Origin: an uncultured virus (IMG/VR IMGVR_UViG_3300049255_000542)
Lineage: Duplodnaviria > Heunggongvirae > Uroviricota > Caudoviricetes
IMG/VR virus record: IMGVR_UViG_3300049255_000542
DNA: 20,000 nt
Strand: one strand, 5' to 3'
The translations under genes were made by a program, and so were the position numbers. The notes under the pieces were generated by a model, which ran no database searches, was not told the origin of the DNA, and saw only the letters and a program-made list of their open reading frames with translations. This document shows, one piece after another, positions 7,456 to 14,133 of this stretch (positions are counted from its first letter, which is position 1; each line of letters opens with the position of its first letter).

Positions 7456-7857
7456 ATGAATGCCACTGCCATCAAACACGGACGGATGACTGACGCGGAG
7501 CGCGACGAGATCGAGCGCCTTGCTTCAACAATGAAGAATCCGACACCGGGTAAAATAGCACGGAGGCTCAATCGCAAGGTCAGCACGGTCAACTGGTACA
7601 TGCTCACGCATGGCCTCATCGAGCGGAAGATTGTGTACCGCGAAACGACCTATCAGCGCCGCGGCTACACTGTCGCTTATTACTCGCAGGCTGCAGACCT
7701 CCGCATCCTGGAATTGCGGCGCGATAACAAGAACCCGCGAGAGATCGCCGAAATCATCAGCGGTGAATTCGTCCGACAGCGGACAGGGCATAGCGTCAAA
7801 GTTCGCTTGGTCATGCTCGCGTCTTATGTCGATGCGCCGGAAGGTGAGGCAGCATGA
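7456..7857 (+). CDS. Tandem HTH (GcrA/Myb-like) DNA-binding protein
   Basis: Two units: MTDAERDEIERL..PGKIARRLNRKVSTV and YSQAADLRILELRRDNKNPREIAEII..RTGHSVKVRL. Confidence 0.65.
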   Translation: MNATAIKHGRMTDAERDEIERLASTMKNPTPGKIARRLNRKVSTVNWYMLTHGLIERKIVYRETTYQRRGYTVAYYSQAADLRILELRRDNKNPREIAEIISGEFVRQRTGHSVKVRLVMLASYVDAPEGEAA

Positions 7858-8144
7858 AGCCGGGTGGACGCTTCGTGTGGGTGAAAGGCCTCAAAGGCCC
7901 GGTGCCGGAAAAGTGGCCGCACGATATGCCGGCCGGTGGCACGCTCGGCAAAGACGTGGTGCACACCTATGAGCTCGGTGCCGACGAATTCGCGTTGAAG
8001 ATCGCGATCCTCGAACAGCGGTATCCGGCGCCGAAGCCGCCAGAGCCCGAACCGCCGCACGATCCCGAACCTTCGCCGACAACACCGTCACCGTCGACTC
8101 CGCCATCTGCTCCAGCTGTAGCGAAAGCGGTGGCCGCAGCATGA
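7854..8144 (+). CDS. Hypothetical protein with Pro-rich tail
   Basis: ATGA coupling at both ends; GAGG RBS. Confidence 0.75.
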   Translation: MKPGGRFVWVKGLKGPVPEKWPHDMPAGGTLGKDVVHTYELGADEFALKIAILEQRYPAPKPPEPEPPHDPEPSPTTPSPSTPPSAPAVAKAVAAA

Positions 8145-8485
8145 GCCGGATATGTCCCGTTTGCGGCAAACCTTTTGCGTCCGGTCGCCTCGGACCACGG
8201 GCGACGTGCAGCCGCGAGTGTCGCCGACAACGCGAGCGCGACCTTGAGCTCGCCAAGCGCGTGAGGCGCGGCCAATCCATCGCGCCGGTTCAACACCCGT
8301 GGACCGCGCAAGCAAAGGTTCGCCTTGTCGATGAAGTCGCTGCCGGCAAGGCCACGCGCGAGGAGATCTGTGAGCGGCACAACATTTCAGCCGAGGAGTT
8401 CGAGTGCTGGTCGCAAGCCTATGCGGTCGGCGGCATCAACGCGCTCAAACTCAAAGGCATCCAGCAACGGAGAGCATCATGTTGA
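8141..8485 (+). CDS. sciP: Zn-finger fused to SciP-like (DUF1153) CtrA-inhibitor domain
   Basis: N-terminal CPVC..TCSREC. C-terminal W...K..LV..V..G.....EEICERHNISAEEFECW......GINAL....IQQ aligns with the SciP pattern (W.IRRKAEVVAAVRGGLLSLEEAC.RY.L..EEF.SW......GL..LR.T.IQQYR). Confidence 0.8.
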   Translation: MSRICPVCGKPFASGRLGPRATCSRECRRQRERDLELAKRVRRGQSIAPVQHPWTAQAKVRLVDEVAAGKATREEICERHNISAEEFECWSQAYAVGGINALKLKGIQQRRASC

Positions 8486-10056
8486 CCAAGACCGAGAATG
8501 CCAAGACGGGGCGCGTCGCCTCGATTGAAATGGTCGCGTTGTCGAGACTGCGGCCAGGTGAAGATTGTCCGCTCGGATCGCTGAACGTGCGCAAGTCGCC
8601 GGCGAGCCAGCAAGACGACACCGAAACCAAAGCCTCGATCGAGGCCGATGGCGTGATCCAGTCGTTGCTCGCCTTCGATATGGACAACAGCGGCATCCTC
8701 TATGTCGGAGCCGGTAACCGTCGCCTCAAGTTCGCGAACGAGATCGCCAAAAAGCAGAAGATCAAACCGGAAGACTATGTGGTGCCGGTCTTCGCCTTCG
8801 GCGGTCTCTCGGTTGCCGAGGCGCGCGCAAAGTCGCTGGCCGAAAACATCGAGCGTGCACCGCTGCACGCCGTCGATCGCTACGAGGCCTTCGCCGATCT
8901 GCGAGACAACCACGGCTTCACCGTCGATCAAATCGCCACCCGCTACGGAATGGCTCGCAAGATTGTGGAGCAATCGCTGGCGCTCGGTGCGCTCTCCGAG
9001 CGGGTGCGCATTGCATGGCGATCGGGCACAATCCGCGAAGACGTGGCACGCGTGTTCACGCTGGCCGCGGATCACGTTCGCCAAGACCAGGTGCTCGCCA
9101 AAGTGACGAAGGGCTTGCCGCGACATGCGCAGCCCAATGCTTACACGGTCCGCCAAGAGCTCAAGATCGACACCACGAACAGCTTTTCGGGTGGGCTTCT
9201 CAAGATCATCGGCCGTGAGGCGTATGAGGCGGCGGGTGGCAAGTTCGCGACAGACCTTTTCACTGACCGCAAGGCAGACGAACAGGTCATCGGCAACCCC
9301 GACATTCTCGAACGCCTCGTTCAAGAGAAGATGGAGGCGGAGTGCAAACGGCTGGTCGGCGAAGACGGCTGGAAGTGGGCCGAGATCGATGACGGCCACA
9401 ACCGCTATATGACTGACCAGCTTCCGCAGAAGAAAAAGTACACGGACGAAGAAAAGAAGACGTGCGGCTGTTTCGTCTATGTCGATCACGGGCCGAAGAT
9501 CTGTGTTGGTCTTGGCTTCAAAAAGTCGCGTGGGCGCGCGGCGGCCGAGAAGGCGCAAGAGACGAAGGTCGAGAAGGCGAAGGCGGCGCCGGCGAACAAG
9601 AACGCGGTCAGCAACGCGCTCAAGCGGCGGCTTCGAGCTCAAGGCTGCAAGGCCGTCAAGGCGGCACTGACCGAGCACCCGCACAAGGATGACCTGTCGA
9701 CTCTGTTGGCCGGGCTGTGCGCGAAAATGCTCACACCATCGACGACGATGAACTCCGGCTACGGTTACACGCCGTCAGACCTGGATGATGCAGTCGGAAA
9801 GATCGGCGACACGATCGACAAGAAGGTGATGAGCGCCGCGCTGCTCAAGGCGTTCGACGCGAAGGATTACTTCGCTGGCGTCAACAAGCACCTTCGCGAA
9901 AAGGCGCTCGCCGACATGGGCTTCAAGGGCACTGTGCCGAAGAAGGCCGCCGACGCGATCAAGACGTGCGTTGCCGAGGCCACAAAAACCGAATGGCTTC
10001 CGCGCGAGCTCCGCACGTCGCACTACGGCGGGCCAGGTGCGAAAGGAAAGCGGTGA
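8479..10056 (+). CDS. parB: ParB/RepB/Spo0J-family protein
   Basis: NVRK, GVIQSL, AGNRRL (GxRR CTP motif), SLAENIERAPL, HTH TVDQIATRYG; ATG 8479 after GGAGAG. Confidence 0.9.
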   Translation: MLTKTENAKTGRVASIEMVALSRLRPGEDCPLGSLNVRKSPASQQDDTETKASIEADGVIQSLLAFDMDNSGILYVGAGNRRLKFANEIAKKQKIKPEDYVVPVFAFGGLSVAEARAKSLAENIERAPLHAVDRYEAFADLRDNHGFTVDQIATRYGMARKIVEQSLALGALSERVRIAWRSGTIREDVARVFTLAADHVRQDQVLAKVTKGLPRHAQPNAYTVRQELKIDTTNSFSGGLLKIIGREAYEAAGGKFATDLFTDRKADEQVIGNPDILERLVQEKMEAECKRLVGEDGWKWAEIDDGHNRYMTDQLPQKKKYTDEEKKTCGCFVYVDHGPKICVGLGFKKSRGRAAAEKAQETKVEKAKAAPANKNAVSNALKRRLRAQGCKAVKAALTEHPHKDDLSTLLAGLCAKMLTPSTTMNSGYGYTPSDLDDAVGKIGDTIDKKVMSAALLKAFDAKDYFAGVNKHLREKALADMGFKGTVPKKAADAIKTCVAEATKTEWLPRELRTSHYGGPGAKGKR

Positions 10057-10241
10057 TGGGTGAGATCGCAGAAATGATGCTCGATGGAACTCTCTGCGAA
10101 TGCTGCGGAGAGTACATCGACGATGACGGCGGTGAGGGTTTCCCTCGCTATTGCTCGGCTGACTGCGCGGCCGGTCATGGCATGACATACACGCCACCGG
10201 CGAAGCGCCAGTCCGACCGCAACAAGCGGCGGCGCCGATGA
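10056..10241 (+). CDS. Small Cys-rich phage protein
   Basis: MGEIAEMMLDGTLCECCGEYI..GFPRYCSADC; TGATG overlap with parB. Confidence 0.75.
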   Translation: MGEIAEMMLDGTLCECCGEYIDDDGGEGFPRYCSADCAAGHGMTYTPPAKRQSDRNKRRRR

Positions 10242-10453
10242 CAACCTCTCACGACATGATGCGCAGGGCGATGACCGATCACGGCATCACTGCCGCTGAA
10301 CTGGTCGATTACATCCACCGCTCGATCGGTGGCGATCGCCAGCGCATCGACACCATCGTTCATAGCTTTGTCGCGGGCAATCCCGGACCTATGGCCGTTC
10401 ACGTCGGCATCATCGGCATGGTCGCTGACCACGCGCGGTCTACGGTGCACTGA
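10238..10453 (+). CDS. Hypothetical protein
   Basis: 71 aa, ATGA-coupled. Confidence 0.65.
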   Translation: MTTSHDMMRRAMTDHGITAAELVDYIHRSIGGDRQRIDTIVHSFVAGNPGPMAVHVGIIGMVADHARSTVH

Positions 10454-10454
10454 C

Positions 10455-10646
10455 ATGGCCGTGCCCCAACAACAGCAAGCCGATAGCCGTATCACAGTCA
10501 CCCTTAGCGAAATCGCGCACGGCCGTACTGACAACGGCAGGCCGCTCGCTGCCGAGATCGCACGTCAGAAAGCACGCGAGGCGCTATCGGCTGCGGGCGT
10601 CGATTGGGACGGCGTGTTGAAAACGAGGAAGGAGCCGCCACGATGA
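10455..10646 (+). CDS. Hypothetical protein
   Basis: MAVPQQQQADSRITVTLSEIAHGRTDNGRPLAAEIARQKAREAL; fills the operon gap, stop overlaps the next ATG. Confidence 0.65.
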   Translation: MAVPQQQQADSRITVTLSEIAHGRTDNGRPLAAEIARQKAREALSAAGVDWDGVLKTRKEPPR

Positions 10647-10999
10647 CGGTTGCAGCTATAGCGACATCGCATGCACGTGAGCAGATCGGCGTGAAGCTTC
10701 GCCGCGTCGGGCACACGCACGGCGTGCCGGTCGGCGGGATAGGGCATTGGTGCCCCGGTTGCGGGATCATGCACGTCTTCGCCGTCACGGAATGGGATGG
10801 CAACACGCGTGAGCCGACATTCTCAGTCGAGAAGAACCTTGCATGGGGAAACGCGCGCGATCCGAAATGGCGATGGGGCGGTGGCCGATGTCGCTACACG
10901 ATCCGCACCGGCGTCATCGCGTTCGCCTCTGACTGCACGCACAAGCTGGCGGGGCAAAACGCGCCATTGCCAGAGCTTCCCGGCCACCTGCGAGACTGA
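10643..10999 (+). CDS. DUF6527-like Cys/His metal-binding protein
   Basis: HWCPGC..H, WDGN..EPTFS, C...I..G.I.F.SDCTH.LAGQ motifs; AAGGAG RBS. Confidence 0.75.
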   Translation: MTVAAIATSHAREQIGVKLRRVGHTHGVPVGGIGHWCPGCGIMHVFAVTEWDGNTREPTFSVEKNLAWGNARDPKWRWGGGRCRYTIRTGVIAFASDCTHKLAGQNAPLPELPGHLRD

Positions 11000-11002
11000 C
11001 CG

Positions 11003-11074
11003 ATGATCGGAGAGCTCGCACTGTTGATCATGGTCGCTGCAGCTGGCTGGCGCGTCTTCGGAGATCCGTCGTGA
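11003..11074 (+). CDS. 23-aa hydrophobic peptide
   Basis: MIGELALLIMVAAAGWRVFGDPS; starts 3 nt after the previous stop and ends in a GTGA overlap with the next gene. Confidence 0.5.
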   Translation: MIGELALLIMVAAAGWRVFGDPS

Positions 11075-11706
11075 AGGATATCCCGATCATATTCTCCGCG
11101 CCGATGGTGCAAGCACTAATCCGAGAAGTCGAATATCCCGGCAACGGCAAGACGATGACGTGGCGGCTGGCAAAGCGCGGCGTGCCATATGCGTCACCTT
11201 GGCGTCAGGTGAAGATTGGCGATCGCATGTGGGTCCGCGAAAATTTCTGCGGGCCTAAGATAATGTCGCAGACTACGCCGGCTGAGTGGGGAACACAGTG
11301 CCCGATTAGGTATGTGGCTGACGGGCTTCCTGGGTCTGACTGGACAAGGTCGCGGCCGTCAATCCACATGCCGCGCTTTTTCTCTCGCCTCAGTCTGATC
11401 GTTACCGCCACGAAGGTCGAGCGGCTGCAGGCGATCAGCGAAGCGGACGCGCGGGCAGAAGGTATCTTTTGGGATTTTTCACGTGATCCATTCGCGAGAG
11501 GCCCAGGGGCTTGCCACTACGGCACATCTGCATTGGACACCGCCAATGGACGTCGCGGCTTTAACACGGCGCGCGGAGCATTTCAGGAACTTTGGAATCG
11601 TCTTCACGGCACTGGCGCGTGGGATGCAAACCCAGAAGTGGTAGCCATGACCTTCACCGTGCATCGCTGCAACATCGACGCGATGCCGAAGGAGATCGCA
11701 GCGTGA
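11071..11706 (+). CDS. ASCH/PUA-like phage protein
   Basis: PIIFSAPMVQAL..GKTMTWR, GDRMWVRE, PSIHMPR..SRL, VERLQAISEADARAEG, WDANPEV motifs. Confidence 0.85.
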   Translation: MKDIPIIFSAPMVQALIREVEYPGNGKTMTWRLAKRGVPYASPWRQVKIGDRMWVRENFCGPKIMSQTTPAEWGTQCPIRYVADGLPGSDWTRSRPSIHMPRFFSRLSLIVTATKVERLQAISEADARAEGIFWDFSRDPFARGPGACHYGTSALDTANGRRGFNTARGAFQELWNRLHGTGAWDANPEVVAMTFTVHRCNIDAMPKEIAA

Positions 11707-11909
11707 GCCTTAGCCAGAAAATCGAGCACGCGCTCGCAAAGAGTCTCCGCGATCGCGGCTATCAGATCGCCGAAGATGGCGACTGCTACGCCATCATGCG
11801 TCGGCACTGCGCAATGGCAATGGCCGGCGAACCGTGTGCCAGCCGCGGTGATGGGAAGATCAGTCTCACCGAAATCGCCCGCGAAATCGAGAGCGAGGTC
11901 GCGGTATGA
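11703..11909 (+). CDS. Hypothetical protein
   Basis: GTG 11703 after AAGGAG, coupled at both ends. Confidence 0.65.
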   Translation: MSLSQKIEHALAKSLRDRGYQIAEDGDCYAIMRRHCAMAMAGEPCASRGDGKISLTEIAREIESEVAV

Positions 11910-12172
11910 GTTTTCCGCCGCCTGCGCACGGGTGGACCTGTTTCCACTGCGATGAAACATTCCATACTTGGATCGACGCGCGCGATCATTTCGGTGCTGC
12001 GCCAAACGCCGAACCGGCCTGTCTCATAAATCGCGATCAGCTTGGCTTGCTGAGAAGATTGCGTGAAGCCGAACAGGAACGTGACGAATTGCGGGTCCGA
12101 AGGCTCGCACAACAGATGGAAATCGACGAAGAGGAAACAGTCGCACGTTTCCGAGCACAGCGTGAACCATGA
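11906..12172 (+). CDS. C2H2-like zinc-finger plus coiled-coil protein
   Basis: WTCFHCDETF...ARDHFG......PAC. Confidence 0.75.
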   Translation: MSFPPPAHGWTCFHCDETFHTWIDARDHFGAAPNAEPACLINRDQLGLLRRLREAEQERDELRVRRLAQQMEIDEEETVARFRAQREP

Positions 12173-12471
12173 GCAACGATCCACTCATCGGCGACTGGCC
12201 GGAGGGTGAATCCCGCACGGTCGATATCGAACTTCGACCGTGCCCGTTCTGCCATCATCGGCCGATCGCCACGTACATCCCACCACACACGCACGGCATT
12301 TCAAAGCTGCCGCCATTCCTCGGCGCTTTCTATATCGAGTGCTCCCACTGCGAAGTGATGATGATGGGCGACGAAATGCTCGATCTACAAAGCAAGTGGA
12401 ACGATCGACCTTACGACCTGGCCGTTGCCTGTCGCGTCGAGGTGATGAAAGAGCCGAAGCCGCCAGAATGA
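12169..12471 (+). CDS. Lar-like restriction alleviation family protein
   Basis: ELRPCPFC..., FYIECSHC, KWNDR signature. Confidence 0.75.
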   Translation: MSNDPLIGDWPEGESRTVDIELRPCPFCHHRPIATYIPPHTHGISKLPPFLGAFYIECSHCEVMMMGDEMLDLQSKWNDRPYDLAVACRVEVMKEPKPPE

Positions 12472-12644
12472 CGCGTGCCCTCTCCTTCACCAAAGCAAAA
12501 CTGCGACGCGCGATCGAGGCCGCGCGCGAGGCAGGCTTGCGCGTGACGGGCATCGCGCCGGACGGCACGCTCCTCTTGGATGACCACAGCAATCCACAGG
12601 CAGAAGAAAAGTCCGTTGAGGAAACGCGCGAAGTGGTGCTGTGA
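12468..12644 (+). CDS. Putative excisionase / recombination directionality factor
   Basis: 58 aa, FTKAKLRRAIEAAREAGLRVTGIAPDGTL, immediately upstream of and overlapping the integrase. Confidence 0.6.
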   Translation: MTRALSFTKAKLRRAIEAAREAGLRVTGIAPDGTLLLDDHSNPQAEEKSVEETREVVL

Positions 12645-13741
12645 TGGAAGGCGTGCCCCGCCAGCGTCCGCCCCACTTGCACCGCGAAGTCAACCGCCAC
12701 GGGCGGCCGGTCTGGTATGTGCGCGTCGGCAAGGGTCCGCGCACGCGCATCAAAGGCGAGTACGGCACGCCAGAATTCACGACGGCTTATGACGCCGCGA
12801 TCGGCGGCAAGCCAGCGCCGGCGCCGCAACAGTTCAACGCAAAGACACTCGGCTGGCTGATTGAACGGTATCGCGACAGCGCCGCATGGGCGGAGCTCTC
12901 GCCGGCGACACGTCGCCAACGCGAGTGCATCCTGCGCGCCGTCACTGAGACTGCTGGCCGCGACCCATTCTCCCGCATTGACAAAGCAGCGATCGAGCGC
13001 GGTATCGAGCGCCGCACCAAGCCGCACGCGAAACGTCACTTCCTGCAAACGATGCGCGGGCTATTCCAGTGGGCGCTTAAGGCGCAACACGCCAGCAATG
13101 ATCCCACGGTGGGCATCAAGAGTATTCGACCGCAGACCGAGGGCCACACGCCCTGGCCCGACGATTGGTGCGAGAAGTTCGAGCGCCGCTGGCCTCTCGG
13201 CACACGCGAGCGCCTGGCCTATGAAGTAGTGTTGCAGACCGGCCTCCGCCGCGGTGACTCCGTGCGTGTCGGGCGTCCGCACGTAAAGGTTATGCCGGTT
13301 GGCAAGCCGCCAGTGCCGACTCGCGTGATAACGATCCGCACTGAAAAGCACGCGCCGGGTAAGCTTGGCGAGATCGTCACCATCAAGATAACGCCGGAGC
13401 TCCAAGCTGCGATCGATGCAGGTCCGGTCGGCGACCTCGCTTTCATCTGCGGCGACAAGGGCCGACCGATGAAGAAGGAGTCCTTCGGCAACTGGTTCGG
13501 CGAGGTCTGCCGGGCGACCGGCATCCCCGGCACGGCTCACGGTCTGCGGAAGACGCGCGCCACGCGCGCGGCGAACAACGGCGCCACCGAAGCCGAGCTC
13601 GAGGCCATGTTCGGTTGGGCGCGTGGAAGCAAGGAAGCGGCCGAGTACACCCGCAAGGCCGATCGCGTCCGGCTCGCCCTGCAGGGGTCGGCGAAGCTGG
13701 AAGACGACAACAAAAGTAGAACCTCTATTCCCGCACTCTGA
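12644..13741 (+). CDS. int: Tyrosine recombinase (phage integrase)
   Basis: Catalytic set TGLRRGD, TEK, AHGLRK, MFGW, EY; N-terminal arm-binding region RHGRPVWYVR. Confidence 0.95.
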   Translation: MEGVPRQRPPHLHREVNRHGRPVWYVRVGKGPRTRIKGEYGTPEFTTAYDAAIGGKPAPAPQQFNAKTLGWLIERYRDSAAWAELSPATRRQRECILRAVTETAGRDPFSRIDKAAIERGIERRTKPHAKRHFLQTMRGLFQWALKAQHASNDPTVGIKSIRPQTEGHTPWPDDWCEKFERRWPLGTRERLAYEVVLQTGLRRGDSVRVGRPHVKVMPVGKPPVPTRVITIRTEKHAPGKLGEIVTIKITPELQAAIDAGPVGDLAFICGDKGRPMKKESFGNWFGEVCRATGIPGTAHGLRKTRATRAANNGATEAELEAMFGWARGSKEAAEYTRKADRVRLALQGSAKLEDDNKSRTSIPAL

Positions 13742-13754
13742 GGTCAGGTGCGGG
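13730..13754. repeat. Inverted repeat at the end of int (hairpin or att-associated site)
   Basis: CCCGCAC-TCTGA-GG-TCAG-GTGCGGG spans the integrase stop codon. Confidence 0.5.
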
Positions 13755-13799
13755 CGCTACGCCTAAAACCCCTGCCCTTTCAACGGCAAATTTTGATCG

Positions 13800-13875
13800 T
13801 GGTGGGCCCGGGAGGACTCGAACCTCCAACCAAGCGGTTATGAGCCGCTAGCTCTGACCATTGAGCTACGGGCCC
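13800..13875 (-). tRNA. tRNA-Ile2 (CAT, lysidine), host integration target
   Basis: GGGCCCGTAGCTCAATGGTCAGAGCTAGCGGCTCATAACCGCTTGGTTGGAGGTTCGAGTCCTCCCGGGCCCACCA. Paired 1:72, and C4:G69/C5:G68 as in TilS substrates. Confidence 0.92.
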
Positions 13876-14133
13876 GCGCCGGAACTCATGCATCGGCCGG
13901 AGCGGAACCCATACCATACAGGGCGGCGCTGTGGCGGTCATCGCGCCGTTGCCAAACCCGGCCACAAACTAACCGCAAAGTTATCCATTCAATCGCGACG
14001 AAGCGGTGCTGCGATCAAACGAGGGCGCAAACCGGCACCTCTTTCCGACTTCCGCGAGACCGACTGGACGGCAAGGCTTGGCAACACCACAGCCTTCGTC
14101 ACCGCGGTGAAGATGCGCCACGAGGGGAAGACA

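Larger units (their letters stand above)
1..13845. mobile_element. Temperate prophage (immunity region, early/recombination arm, xis-int), integrated at tRNA-Ile2; continues beyond the left edge
   Basis: cro/cI switch, recombination genes, ATGA-coupled small ORFs, and a tyrosine integrase ending 59 bp from the 3' end of a tRNA. The right boundary (att core) is approximate. Confidence 0.93.

Noticed and set aside
8419..9684. 421-aa minus-strand ORF opposite parB (likewise 3974-5032 and 14443-15720)
   Set aside because: Shadow ORFs caused by codon bias of the real plus-strand genes.
11478..11487. parS-like TTCACGTGA
   Set aside because: Only a partial match to GTTTCACGTGAAAC, single copy, inside a CDS.
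13861..14133. N-terminal extension of the M16 ORF in the track
   Set aside because: Overlaps the tRNA; the SD and signal peptide point to ATG 14134.
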